A stretch of DNA of 64,000 nt from the NCBI RefSeq assembly GCF_009914755.1, contig NC_060931.1; one strand, written 5' to 3'. This DNA is from the human T2T-CHM13v2.0 reference genome, Homo sapiens. The position numbers and the translations under genes were made by a program. The notes beneath the pieces are model-generated. The model did not search any database and was not told the origin of the DNA. It saw only the letters and a list, made by a program, of their open reading frames with translations. Position 1 is the stretch's first letter. The number at the start of each line of letters is the position of its first letter. This document shows positions 12,515 to 26,769 of this stretch, piece by piece.

Positions 12515-15500
12515 CTGTAAGAAAAGGCATAAACATATATCAGAAAAGGGTTGTGGCAGGCAGTGGGTAAGAAAGGGATTACTTCAGTGGGGATGGGCAT
12601 GGGGGTCAACACTTCTTAGGGGGGTTTCTCTGTGAAGCTTATGGGTTTCAAAGCTTAGTTAAAAGTTTGGGAATGCTGTGTTATATTGTAGTCAGAAGTA
12701 CAGAACCTAAGCCTTTAGTAAAAAATAGCATCCCAAGAGCTCAGTGGCTCTGCTCCCATGTTCTTCCCTTTTCCTTTTGAAGGTTCCATGGCATTTTAGT
12801 TGAGGTCAGGCTTTAAAGACCACAAAATCTAGGTTCAAACCTCAGTCCTTCCTTTACCAGGTTCATGAGGTTCTTACAGAGTAAATGGACACAAGCTTAC
12901 AAAACACTTCTTTTATCTGGCACATATTAAATGGGTTAAATGGTGAATAATGATCAGTTATTTATGTTGTCACTATCGTTACTATTATCCCCAACATCTA
13001 GCACTGAGGTCCCTTTAAGGATGTGCCTTTTTAAATGTAAATGTGCAATCATGCAGCTAAACTATGAGATGAGACATAAGGTCTTCAAAAAAAGAAGAAG
13101 TGAGGAAGGGGACAATGAGAAAGTCTAGAAGCAAATGTTGAGAACCAGCATTAGGAACCATCCCCAGGAAGCAGAAGAGACCCAGTTCCAGCCCACGTCT
13201 GTTATTTACAGTCATTTAGCCTTGGGCAAATCTTGTGCATCAGGCTTCTTAATCTATCACATGAAGCTAGTAACATCTGCTCTGACCATCTCACCTAGGT
13301 CAGAGTGGCAGACAAGGAGAAAATGGCCATAAAATGTATGTTGTCCCAATATCCCAAAGTTCTTCATATGTGTGTCAATTTTTGTAGACTCTGAAGACCC
13401 TTAAAAGAGTTTCAATAGGCTCAGCACTGGAGGGGATTAGAGGAGAGGAAGTGTTAAGGAAAGAAAATCCATCTCCTTGTAGCATATCCGGGAAGTACAA
13501 TGTTTCCCAGTTGACCTTAGTTCCACACCAGCATTTCCATTACAGTCACTGTACCCAGGAAGCAAACCACTGGTTTGCTAATGGAGAGCTGTGTACCATA
13601 TTTCTTTGTAAACTAAAGAGGTTTCAAATTGAGAATCACTAGGACCTGTTACATCTCTGTTAAAATGAAATCACACAGGGCAGTGTCAGGTGTGTAAAGC
13701 AGCAAGTAACACAGAACCTACAGTGTGGTCTTGACTAGATATGTAGTGATATCTATTTACCTGAAAGGAGACACACCAGAATGACAACCATGACTCCAGG
13801 GTAGTAGGATGACAAATCACTCCTTTTTAGTTTTATGAATTTTCCAAATTTTCTTTAAAGAGTGAGCATTATAACAGAAAAAAATATTAAAATATGGATA
13901 CACCTAGTTACATATAAAGGTATATACAAATATAGGACTATATAGAGATATTTCCATGTTTATATTATATCACATATAATAGGGAGGAAAGTTGACTAAC
14001 AGTAGATTAAGGCTTGGCCTTTGAAGCAAACTATCTATGTTCCAGTCTTGGCTCTAGCACTTAGCTTTACAATGCTGGACTAGTTATTAAATCCCCCTGA
14101 ACCTCAGTTTCTTTGCATATAAAGTGGGAAGAATCAGAGCCCCTCTTCTGAGACCTTGTTATGAGAAATAAATGAGATAATTCACCTGAACATCAGCTCC
14201 CCAAGGGCAAGTTCTTTGTGTGGTTTACCTCATACTCTCCCCAAAAGCTATGATGCATGTGCACTGATCAATCACTCTCTCGCACCTGGACCCTGTCACC
14301 AATGACAGCTCACACTTTCCAGGCAGCAGCCAAGGGCAGAGGCTTCACCTTCAGCCATGGAGCATAGTGAGCTGTGGGTGTGACCTGTGCCCTTGGACTC
14401 ATTAGCACAGCAGTCTAACAAACTGATCTAAGGTACAACTGGCAAGACGAAAAAATAACCCATTGAGCGTATACAGGGACCAAAGGCAAGGAGGCAGTTG
14501 GAAAAGAAGAATGCCCCTAGCCTCTACTCAGAAGCCCAACTAATCCTATCAGCAGACAGCATCTTCAGAGGTCAGAAGAAGACAGCCCTTGCTATTGGTT
14601 TCCACAGAATTCTCCCAATACTTGCCAAAGAAATCTATAAAGGCACTGCTGGGAGTTCTGAAAGAATCAAAGATGAACAAAAATAAGAAAAGCTTCATTT
14701 TCAGCACCTACTAGCAATAAGCACTTAATATACTTTGCTAATCCTCATAACTCTGTAGGATCCCCTCTCTGAAAGAGCGCAAATTCTAAAAAGGAAGTTA
14801 AGACATGCACCTAAAGTGTTATTTTAACAACAAATACAAGGGATGCTTTGTGAAAGAGGTAGTCTTGATTGCTGGGTGAAATGTCAGCAGGAAGAAATAT
14901 GGAAGTATACAGCAAGCAGAAACAGAGGGCATGCCTCATGGTCTCAAACCAGTCCAGCAAGCAGGGACTATAAAGTGAGGTAGCAGGAAATAAGGCTGGC
15001 AAGTGCTAAGGACAGAGTTAAGTGGGAAGAGTAATAAAATTTATATTTTAGAAAAGATGATACCCAGGGGGAGTGTCACCTCTTGTGGGAAGCCGCATTA
15101 CACACCCTCTTCTGTGCTCCCACAGCATGCTGAAACCTCTCTGACACCGTTCTCCGTGGCATTGCATTGTCTCATGTCTGATTTTGTGGAAAGGCAACAG
15201 GGCTCTGGAGTGTGATAGACCTGGCTCAAAACCTAACTTCACCCACACTAGCTATGAGACCTCAGGCAAGCTCTGTGCTAAATCAAGCTTTCATTTCTGC
15301 ATCTGTGAAATGGATGAGATGATCTCAAATGAGATAGTGTATTAAATTTGTCATGTAGTGTGCCTGCCATGTAAGAGGCATTCTAAGATTTTTAGGCCCC
15401 TTGGTCCCTAGTTCTGAGCTTCTTGAGGTCAGAGGTCTGTCATATGCATCTCTATATCTATCCCAAGGGCATGCACGTTAACTGGCACATGGTTGGCTAA

Positions 15501-16647
15501 ATAAATGAACTATTTGCAACTGTCACCCATACACATCAAAAGATGGGTTGTGCATCTGGTAGACCCAAAGAAAGACAGACCAGAAGTCTGATTTTCAGTC
15601 CAACTCACCTTCCTGACACGCCCCTCGTTCATAGATATATTCTTAGCTTCAGATATTGTAAAGTTTCCCCCTTCAATCTTCTCCCATTTAGACACAGCCC
15701 TAAAATCAACCCAAATGGTATCATCTTACAATGGAGTTTGGAGGTCAGCTCTTAAAGCACAAGAGAAAATGCAACTCATAAAAATTACTCAAGATCCAAC
15801 TCTCAGATTATTTTGAATGGGCAAGATTGGTGAGGCCTGACTGAGCCCTACTCATCCTTCAGTTCTCAACTGAAACATCACTTCCAAAGACCTTCTAGGG
15901 CCCCCCAAACTGGGTAACACTCCTTCTGTGTGTCCCATAGTGGCCAGAGCTTACCCACCACATTGCACTTATGACTGCTCATGGTCATGATCTGTTATTC
16001 TTATGGAAAGAATGATGGCTTACCTGACATCTGCTAGTGTTTCTTCCTTGTCATGGCAACTGCTCAATATGTTGTTATTGAATTCATGAATGCATTTACC
16101 CAAAAATTGATCAAAAATGCTTTCTTTTTATTCTTTTTCCTTCTACTAAGCAATGATTTATAATGAGCAGTGAGGACATCCACCACAGCTGTGGTTTCCT
16201 ACACACAGAGGGAAAGCAATGAGAAGGCTGGGGAGCTCACATTTGTTGAGCACCTCCTCTGTTCCATTCCTCTTACACAAGTTAACTCACTTACAACTCC
16301 TGCAAACCCTGAGAGGTTCTACCTACTTTCGACTTGACAGAAGTGAGTCTCAGAGAGGTTAAGTAACTTGCCTAAGGATACAGAACCTTAAAGTGGCTGA
16401 GACAGAAGGCAAATTCTGAAGCCTTCAAAGAAAATTAAGGAATGTATACAAAGAAGGCAAAAGATTCCACCAAGAAACTTAGACACTAGATAAAACCAAA
16501 ATAAAATTAATAACAATAAAACATACTGCATTCTGTCCACCAAAATGCAGGAAATGAGCTGGAAAAAAAACCCCAGTTTATTCTTGGCCTTCTATTTTTA
16601 AGAACTTCAACAGAATCCCTGACTCGCAATCTGAAAGACAAAGGGAA

Positions 16648-16953
16648 TTTTTTTTTGCTTTGTTTTGTTTTTGAGAGGGAATCTCACTCTGTCGCCCAGG
16701 CTGGAGCGCAGTGGCGCAATCTCGGCTCACTGCAACCTCCTCCTCCTGGGTTCAAGCGATTCTCCTGCCTCAGCCTCTGAGTAGCTGGGATTACAGGTGC
16801 ATGCCACCATGCCCAGCTAAGTTTTGTATTTTTAGTAGAGATGGGGTTTCACCATGTTGGCCAGGCTGGTCTGGAACTCCTGACCTCAAGTGATCTGTCT
16901 GCCTCAGCCTCTCAAAGTGTTGCGATTACAGGCATGAGCCACCATTCCTGGCT
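16648..16953 (-). mobile_element. AluS
   Basis: T-rich tail followed by reverse-complement Alu body (tgtcgcccaggctggagcgcagtggcgc...attacaggcatgagccacc). Confidence 0.95.
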
Positions 16954-17251
16954 TGTTTTTAAAATTTGTTTCTAAAACTTAATTTAAATTTGTAATATTT
17001 TGAAACTTGAAACAACACACTACAAATCTCAAGATTTCATGTAGCTAGACCAAGCTGATGTAGAAAGTAGAGAATGACAAAGAGCTGTTGTGTTCTGGGA
17101 CCTGGCAAATTTGGCAGGGTGGGAGATGGAGAGGCCAGCTTCATGCTGGGAGAGAAGGCAAGGGCATCTTCACAAGGCCAGGCTGAGGACACCACTTCAA
17201 AGAAGGTCTAGAGTGGCACTTTGCAAAGTCTGTTCCCTGGAATGGGTCCAC

Positions 17252-17254
<3 letters not shown>

Positions 17255-17341
<87 letters not shown>
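17255..17341 (+). repeat. Compound (TC)n-(AC)n microsatellite
   Basis: About 21 TC units, a 6-nt spacer, about 19 AC units. Confidence 0.97.
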
Positions 17342-17342
<1 letters not shown>

Positions 17343-20300
17343 CTTCATCTGTTTGTCGTTTCTGTTTTTCTAAGGGGAGGCATTACAGCATACTGCTCAA
17401 GATCACTTGCCTGAGCTTTAATCCCTTCTCCAACTTATTGTGTCCGACAGGCTGCATGACCTTTAGCAACTTATATCACTTCTCCAACCACTGGTTTCCT
17501 CATCTGTAAAATTTGGGTAACAGCAGTGCCTGCTTTACGGGGTGATGTGAGAGTTAAATGTAATGATGACTGCAGGGCATTTAGCATAGTGCTGGGCATC
17601 CTGGAAATGCTCAAGCGTCAGCTACTGTACTAAAAACAGTAGTATTGCATAAATAATAATGGCATTATAATTCAGTAGGTTTTCAAAACTTACTTGATCA
17701 AAAATCTTTCATTGATTTTAAAAGTCACAAAAAAAAGGTTGAAGATTGCTTTTCCAGAATGGAAAAATTGGATACTCCCAATTTTCCTTATCTTGGAACA
17801 CTTGAACCACAAAGAAAGCAGGTGCTAATCTCAGTTCTGCTAAGAGGAGAATGAGCTGAAACACTGCCCAGCTTTTCCCATGCATAAGGGGCCGTGTGCC
17901 TGCCTGTACACCCTGCCACCCACCCCAGCAATGTCCCACTTAACCTAGCAGAGCCACACACTCCCCTTAAATGTCAAAGCTGAGCCATTGCCCAAAAGGC
18001 AGGAGAAAAGAAAGTAAAACTGGATAGTTATGAACTGGATATCACAATAATCCTTGGAAATATCTAAAATTATCTTTCAAAGAAAGTCCTTTTTATCAAT
18101 AACTCCCTAAAAACTGAGCCCAGTGACTTGCTTACACACATCCTTAAGCAGTCTCAGGAAGTTGTAACTCAATGCGGAGATCTCATGTGCTATGGCTAGA
18201 ATTATTGATTAACCCATACTCATTTAGCTCTTAAGTAAATTAAAAGACCACTAGTCTTAATGTCTGTTTATGTCCGGAATGTTTCAATGGAACTGTGGAT
18301 TACCCAAGAAGTATTAAATGATGCATGTGTGTGTGTGCGTGCACTTGTGCACAACAGGGGACATGAACCCCAAAACCCCCCTCAACGGCTTCGGTCCATT
18401 TACAGGCAGCTGGTCACATCCTGACAGGCAGATTCTGAAATAGGAGCATCATCAAAGGGCAAAGAGCACTGACCTCCAGTATTTAAATAGGTTCCCCAAA
18501 GCTCTCCACGGCAGTGTCATAAAGTGGAAGCTTCTAGACCCTGAACTTCATTTTCCTTCTCCTGCCCTCAGTCAGGGAGATAAAGAATGAAACTAAGCAA
18601 GCTTAAGGGGTGATTCTGTCCACAGTCAGGGGCAAAGTAAAGATAAGCAGGCAAACAGCGAGAAACAACAGTGAGGTGGGAGCAAGGATGCTTTTAAGGG
18701 TCTTTATTTGCTTTTTGATGGCTAGGAGTTCCCAGAGTACTGGGCACACCTGCAGTCAAATGTAAGCATCAAGTACTCCAGAATCAAACAGATGATTTGG
18801 AAATTGTTTCTAATAGCCTGGATAAGTGAGAGTCGATTAAACATTGATGCTAAATTATGAAGCGCCTGGCAGTCTTTCACTTTTTTAAAGTGAGTATCTT
18901 TGAACAACAGCCATATGGGTGCTGCAATAATGAGGTTTATAAATAGGCTTAATATTCTAACAAGCTGGCTTTGAAAAACCAAAACTTGTGCTCTGTTTCT
19001 AAGTTGACAGAAAGATACCTCCCAGTTGGGCACAAGATTTCCTGGTATGGGAAGTTGAATATGCAACAACTGCATACACACAATGCAAATTCCAGTTCTG
19101 CCTTCAGTGTTCTCCAGGGTTTCTGGGTAACAATGACTCACTCTTCTCCAAGTCCTATCCTGTCTCCATTCTTTTCTCCAGAGACCACTACCACCGCCGA
19201 CACACAGACCGCTTCGGAAAGCTTGGTTCTCAGCCCTCAGTTCTCTCAAGGGATAGGACATTGAAAGACAGGCTCAGATAAAAACAAAATGCACAGCAAG
19301 GCTCGTGTAGTTAACTACAGGTTCTCATGAGTACAGATCACATGTGTTTCACTCATGGGAAAGTGGACTGAGATAAAATGTCACAAATAACCATGAAATG
19401 AGTGAGGATCTGAACGATCATCTGATCCTCTGGTTTTGTTTTTCACTGGCATGCAGGGTACAGGTTGGAAAGAATTGGATATCTCTAGAAACTTCTAATG
19501 GATCTCTTACATCATTTGTATGAATTAATCTACGCGCTACTGAGAATGGAAAGTCTTTGTACATTTCTTCTCATTCCTATCAGTGATTTCATTTCCATGA
19601 TGCATGTATTAAAAACTAACTTTGCAAAGCTATCCATTGCTTCCTGGCCTTTCCCATATTTTGAACAAGTAAATGCTAATGAGAAAAATATATACATAAA
19701 CTGGTGGTCTCTTGACACCTTCCACAAGAATATTTAAGGGTGAGAAAGGAGATAATAGAGTAAGAGAATCTCCTGTCTTACTAGCTCGAATATTTAACTG
19801 ATGAGCTACAAAATGAAATTCCATGTGCACAATGATTTCATTTTCCTGCCTGGCCAAAAGTCCAAAGCAAGACAACAACAACAACAAAAGATTATAAAAT
19901 GGAAAAAAAAAAAACCTCATTTTTACCTTGAACAGCCCAATCATTAGGAAAGAAAAACTAACAAAAACAAAAATTCTAGGGAATTTATTAGCTAGGTTTT
20001 CTAGTAGAGAAAATTGTTCTACAGACTCATACTGTCATTGAATTATCTTAGAAAAGGAAGATCATATTCAGAGATAGCCAGCTCCCAAACATAGAGGACT
20101 CCAGTATGTTTAGCCAAAAGTGATGGATCAAATTCACATGAAGGAAGCCTTTGACAGTGTGGTTTGGGGGTGGGGATGGTGACCCTAAAGAATGGGAGAA
20201 TGCAAATCTGAAGCAGAGATGTAAATAAGACAGTCAATTTTTTACTCTTTCTTAGGAGCAAGTGCATTTCTATCTAGTGCTGGCCAGGCAGTGGAAAGTA

Positions 20301-22879
20301 GAGAAACCTAGGAGAAGGTAACAAACTCCAAACTAAACAACCCCACAGGAAGCCCCACCTGGGGCTACACCAACTCACATGGCAGACCCAGGCTGCCCCA
20401 GTGCTCCTGTCCTCCCAAAGCAAGCCCCACTCTTCACTGATCTCCCTCCGCATCCCCTCGGCTGCCTGCAGACAGCTGGCCAGAAACAGAAATCAAATCT
20501 GCTGCTCATGCCTGCTTCTCTCATGAGCCTGGATTAAAAATTCCAGCACTTGGACTCCTATTTAAGAAGCCCTAAATGGGACCCCTCCCCAAAGAAAGCT
20601 GAACTCTTCCTTTGGAAGGCAAGATTTTTTTTTTAGCAAACCAAACACAATTTCCTTTCCTTCTAGCTAAAAGCCTTTTGCTCAAAGCTGGGCAATGAGC
20701 TAATCAGTGGCACCAAGGAAAAAACAGGGAAAGGTTTTGAGAGAAAGAAAATAGAAAGCAAATGTCATGCTTGTGGAAGCCCAAGTAGTACGTTTTTTGC
20801 ATAACTGATTTAGTCCTCTATTCACGTATTTACAACCACTTGCTGTGTTATAAGTACTGCAAAACTGTGTGGGTGGGAATGGAAGCAATTTTTACGACCT
20901 TCTTCCTGGGAGCCCGTCTCCTGCTTAAATAAACATCAGTAAGAAAAGCTAAAAGCAAAACTATCTCTTAATATCTGTGACGGCACTGCCAAAGTAGATA
21001 TAAATCCAAAGGATTAAGACAAAATCTCACTCTTCACAGATCTATCCCTGTAATTAGGGGAGGAGTAGGGTTTTTTCTAATTGAATTATTCACAGAGCTG
21101 TTTCAATTCTCTACTTTGTTTTTCCCCTTGTAGATTTAGCCAGAACAAAAACTGTAATCTTCTGCTGAATTTCACTTCAATGTCAGTCTAATTTTTCTAA
21201 GTCTTGCCTACCCACTCCTGCAGTGTTCCTTCCCTCTCCCCACTCTGTGCCCTTCCTCCCAACTCTTATCAAAACTGACTCCTGGCAGAAAGCAGCTGCT
21301 GGTCATTTACAATTCCAGGTGAATTTGAATCAGTGCCATGGCTCCTTGGGAGCATGAGTCCTTCCTATTTCATCCAAAATCCTATCTTGTAGTAGCATCA
21401 TCTATGTAAGCCTCCCTAAACACACGCTCTATAAATCTCAACAATTTAAATATGGCAAAATGAGCCCATTGTCCAAAATACAGGGAAAAAAAGCGCCAAC
21501 TAGCAGATGCATTTCTTGGGACCATTTTGAGCTCTTCTGTCAACTGAAATCAGATGAGCATTGGAAGCAAATTTTCCTGAGCTATAGTAGTTACCTTCAC
21601 TGAAACTATGCCAAATCTCCCAGAAATTGGTGCTTTGAACGATTCTTTCATTTTTTTTTTAACAATGACTAATTTCAGTCAGTGATTTTATAGTCAGAAT
21701 GGCAGTTCTGAAACAACATTTATGAGGCTTGATTTATGATAATTAATCCTTCTATTTCACTAATGAGCTAGGAAAGGCCTTATTTATGAAAGTGTTTAAA
21801 TTCCTCACAGTTAGCAGACACGGTTTCCAGTGACACCCACATGGAATGGTATACTAAATGCAATAAACTTTTGTGGGTCATCCTTAGACAAAAGTCAGAG
21901 AGACAAATGAAAACAAGTGGCAGGATGTCAGTCGGAATTTGAACTACTCCTAAAACATCTGGAAGGAGCTTTCAAAGATTAATCTTTCACTTCCATATTT
22001 ACTAGATGTATCTCTAGAGTGTAGGAAAAGTCTTGGTTATTTAAGCATTTTCTTTGGTTGGAATCTGGATAAACAACAGTTTAATGGTCTTTGGATATCC
22101 AATTGTGACTTTCAGACAAAATGCTCCATGCACTCTCATACTGATTGTCTAAATTATTGCTCTTCTGGTGGCCTTAAGGGAAAGGAAAGCTGTATTTTGG
22201 CAGAATATTGAATACCGGGTCCTTGCAATGGGTCCTTGGATTTGGGTAGAAATAGAAGGAAGGCCTTAAAGAGCAGAGAAAGGGCATGAATGGGCAGAGG
22301 TGGTACAGTGAGTGAGCGCTGTGGCCAGAACTGTGGACTGCTCCAGGAGACAAGGCCCAGCCATATCCATGGAGGCACCTCTGGAGCAGGCACAGGAGGC
22401 CAAGCCCCCTCAATGGAGCCTAAACTGCAGAAAGGCCTCTTGCCAGAGCCAGAGAGCCTCCACGCAGCCAAGCTTCACTTGGCCCTTCTGCAGTGGGCTA
22501 GGCTCCAGGCTTCAGGTCTCAGCCCCATGGCATGTGCCCTCTACCTCCCAGAAGGTCCGTGATGAGGGCTCATCCCATTTGGCTCCCTGGGTCATGGCCT
22601 CTTTCTGCCCTTGGAATACTGGGAATGACCATACTGGTTTCTGTCTCTGTTCCAAACCTATGTTTTGATGGGCATGATACCAAGTAGTCAATATAAGTTT
22701 CAAGTAAAGTTATGATTATTAGCTGGCCTAAGTAAATGCCAATATTTTGAACAAGTAAATGCCAATGAGAAAATATACATAAATTTTTGGTCTTCTGAAA
22801 CCTTCCTTCAGACTATTTAGGGGTCACACTAAACTGTATTCTCTACTTACAAAATTTATAGATATATTAATTTGGCATC

Positions 22880-23780
22880 ATTCAGATATACACAGAATTT
22901 TCCTGCTTACTTTGCTGGGCTGTAGATTATATCTCCAGACCTGTTTAATCTCCAGACTCACTTATCCAACTGCTCTTGCCTTCCCCATATCTCCCCTCAT
23001 AGTCAGTATGTCCCACACTGAACTCATCCCATACTGAACTCTCTATCCCCCATTCATTCTGTTCCCACTCACGACAAGACCTGCAAACATGTTCCTCCCT
23101 TAGTGATCCTAATCTAAGAAAAAAGAACCTGGGGATTCAAGCCAAAACCCTGCGAGTTGACCTTAATTCCACTTTCTTCCTCATCCCCCATATCCAAGTC
23201 CTGTTGGATCTACCTCCTAAAAAGTTCTCACATCCATGCCTACTGATAATGGCTTCCCCTTGCTGAGGCCCCCTGGTGGATGAAGTCGGACCTGGCTCCT
23301 CTCCAGCTGTGTCTGGAGCCTTCGCCTCCTTCCAGTCTGCGCTGCAGCCACTTGGCCTTCTTTCATTTTCTCAGAGGGGCCATGCTCCTTCTTGTCTTTA
23401 GATCTTTACAGGTATAAACATCCCAGGCCTTAAATGCCTAGAATACGCTTCCCTAACTCTACTTAACTACAATTTACATAATCTTCATGTCTCAGCATGC
23501 GTCTCTTTTCCTCAGAGAAGCCTTCTCTGAATCCCGGACCAGGTTTGGGTCCTCTCTTCTATGTTTTCACAGCTCCCTGTGCTGGACTTCTTGCAGCACT
23601 CGTCACAGCAGGTAGTAATTTATGGAAGTATTGTTTAATATATTCCTCTACTGTAGGCTGAACATCCCCCGAGGGAGGGAGCCTTTGTCTTGTTTCCCAC
23701 TAATTCCCTGGTGCTTAGCACAGCACCAGGCACATAGTAAGTGCCACAGAAATATTTGGTAAGTGAATGAATGACTGAAT
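22880..23780 (+). mobile_element. L2 3' fragment(s)
   Basis: Ends gcttagcacagcaccaggcacatagtaagtgcc...aatatttggtaagtgaatgaatgactgaat, the typical L2 3' end. Boundaries approximate. Confidence 0.7.
23263..23283 (-). promoter_or_regulatory. Candidate CTCF motif
   Basis: Reverse complement TCATCCACCAGGGGGCCTCAG closely matches the CTCF core CCACCAGGGGGCGC. Motif only; binding not shown. Confidence 0.5.
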
Positions 23781-24152
23781 TTTCTGCATACAGATGTGTA
23801 TTCCTTCAACTATATGAACAAAACTCATTACCTAAAATGATCAATTTTTATATCTTCTGGATGGAATGATTCTCTTTAGTTTTTTCATAATCTCACAAGC
23901 TAGGAACATCTAGCTTTGTCTTACGGTCATTAAGACTCATTTATTTTGTTTAATAACAGCTGTCAAGAGGACTCTGTATAAACAGTACAATAAAAGCCTG
24001 AAGAATACCAACACTTTACACGAATTCAGTATACTTCCTCCAGAAATAGAGTGTTGCATTTGTTGTAGAATTCATTTTTATTGCTAGTGGGAAACTCCGA
24101 TGATGGTCATTCTCAAAGCTGTCCCAGTCTATTGTAATGTGCCTTATATTTG

Positions 24153-24231
24153 TTAAGTTGGTGCAAAAGTAATGCGGTTTTTGCCGCTAAAACTAACAGC
24201 AAAAACTGCAATTACTTTTGCATTAACCTAA
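24153..24231. mobile_element. MADE1 (Hsmar1-derived MITE)
   Basis: ttaagttggtgcaaaagtaatgcggtttttgcc...gcaaaaactgcaattacttttgcattaacctaa, an ~80-bp palindrome followed by TA. Confidence 0.92.
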
Positions 24232-26769
24232 TAACAATTATTTCTTTTAGTTGTTTCTCAAAAATCCAGGAGATAGGTCCTATAAACACTTTTCTTCCAT
24301 GTGGGGAAATGGAAACCAAGGAAAGTAGTCTTCCATGAGCCAAAGAAAATTAAAGATTGAAAACTAGAGATGGTAATGCAGAAACCTCTCTGCTGAGGGC
24401 TGCTTCCCAACTGACAGAGGAATGCTGTAAAGCTCAGTCAAGATATTAAGCACTTTGCTGCTAAATATTGAGTTGTAATTAACTAATACACTAGCATAAC
24501 CAAATTACAATAATCAAGTGATGATGTACTAGTAAGCTGCATGAGTATTCAAGTAAAGAAAATTTCACTGTAAATGTGAGAATCTACTTCTTTTGATATT
24601 CACATTTTTCCCCTTTAATATACATTAAGAATGTATTTCAGAGAGATTTAACTTGATCTTTATTAAGAAAAGAAAGACTCGAAAACAATCCTTCAAACAC
24701 AAATGTCTCCCTTCTCTGAATCCTAGCATGTAGCGTCCACATCACTTAGTCAGCAATTAATTATTGCCCTCTTTTTTGTTGTTGATTTTTAACCTTTTCA
24801 CATGTATAAGACGTATCTTGTTTCCCTCAATATATTCTAAGTTTCCTGATGGTAAGGATTTTCTTCTGATATTTTCGTATCCCTTCTGAAGCTCCTAGCA
24901 CCTAGTACATAATGGAAACCCAATAAAAATATGCTGAACGATCTGGCAATTCCAATTGAATGGGAGAGTAAAAGGACCAGTTAATACATTAAATATGTAA
25001 TCTGGGGGAAACAAACAACAATTTTTTAAAGTATTCTCCTGGAATTGCTTTTCTGGTAAGATTCAGGTCAATGCCCTCTTCCCTGGGTCATCTCCTTGCA
25101 AGGATTTAATAATAAGAACCAAGATTCTCAGACCCACCACTCCAGGCCAAAGGTCTCTCCATGGCTCCATATTGCCATCACCAATAGCTACTTGAACATT
25201 CCAGAGGCTACCAATTTAACATATCTATACCCAAGTTTATCATTCTGCTTTATCCTAGCCTGCTCTTATCTCCATAGTCCCTAACGAGGCAAATAACACC
25301 AAATTCACTGAGACATCTAAGCTGAAAGAACTCAGAAGACAACAGCTCCTCTTTCTCTACTCTAAATCTATGTTCTGTCAATTCTCATTTCAAACATGCC
25401 CCCTGTTCTTTCATCTTCAGCAGCGCTACCCCAAATCAGGCATCTTCCCCAACTGGTCTCCAGGCCTCGAGTCGCATCTCCAATCTGTCCTCCACCCTTT
25501 TTCCAGAATTACAATCCTAAAATTCAAATCTAATTTTGTTACTCTCCAGCTTAACATCTTTTAACAATTTCTTATAACTGAAAGGATAAAACACAAACTT
25601 CTAAAAATATTATGTATCATAAAATATATATATATTTCTCTAGAAGATATGAAAGAACACCTAGAACACAGCACTTTTTTGTTGTATAGTAAAATGTGTT
25701 CAATTACTCACCTCCTCAAACTATGAGCATACATAATTTTGAGTAAAACAAAAAGTAAAATTTTTAAATGTCATGTATCACTACCCAGCCTCTGCCTTCC
25801 TTTCCAGCATCACCTCTCATGACTACACTTCTATCTGTCCCTCAGTACTGCACTAGATGAGCTGCAAGAGGACACCACACATTAAGCTTTTAAGGAAAGT
25901 AAGGCTCTTGGAAATTGATTAGTAGGAGAAGGTAATCCTGTTACCCAGACCAATTCAGGGGCCAACTACTTCTGACGGAACGGCGGTGGGGGGGGGGGGG
26001 AGGAGCCGGGGGCCAGTGAGGGGGAGGTGGTGAGATTTATCTCCAATAGCTCCATGTTGCATGACAGCAAACAGACCCAACCATACTCTCTCCTTAGGGA
26101 ATTCTCAATGAGTGGTGAACATAGAGAAGGTTCACTAGAACACAAGCCATATCTCAGTTAAGTGCAAGCAGCTTTGCCAGTAGTCCCTAAGAACATCTCA
26201 GAAATCTCAACTAGTTTATTTTGGGCTGCCCGGAAGACTCCTTGTTTTTCTCTCATCTTTGTAAAAGGTTTCTTTGCATTTTTGCAAAAGGCTGACATCA
26301 ATGAAAAGAGTCTAAGCAAGTTTCTTCCTTATGACTCTAATGAGTCTCCTAGAATGAATACACAATTCACTGTAGTCTGTAACACCTTCTCTGGCCCTCC
26401 CAGGTAGACGTAGCTTCCTTCGCATCCCCCTGGAACTATATTCATCACCTCCAGGTACTCATATCAGTCTCTGCCACTAGCCTTCAAATTGCTGAAAGTT
26501 AAGTAAGTATCTTACCTACTTTTGCAAACCCAGGGCTTAGCAAACTGACTGGCACCTAATAGACACTCAGTAAATGTTAATTGAGTAATCCCATGTTGCC
26601 TGAACACTAATTATATCATTTAAAAGTTCGGTTATATAGAAAGAAAACACAGAGAGGGCTTAAATAAGAAATTTAAAACCAAAGGTCCAGGCTTTGTTGC
26701 CTATGGCTTTTCTCCTCATCTTTGCTGTGTAGGTTGGAAGAGTCACTTAACTTCTCTGTACATCAATAG

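Noticed and set aside
9164-12917. 17-nt match aaaacacttcttttatc at 9164 and 12901
   Set aside because: AT-rich, low complexity, no extension on either side; probably chance.
18722-19264. 179-aa and 97-aa overlapping ORFs
   Set aside because: No homology I recognise; non-ATG or weak starts; chance intronic ORFs.
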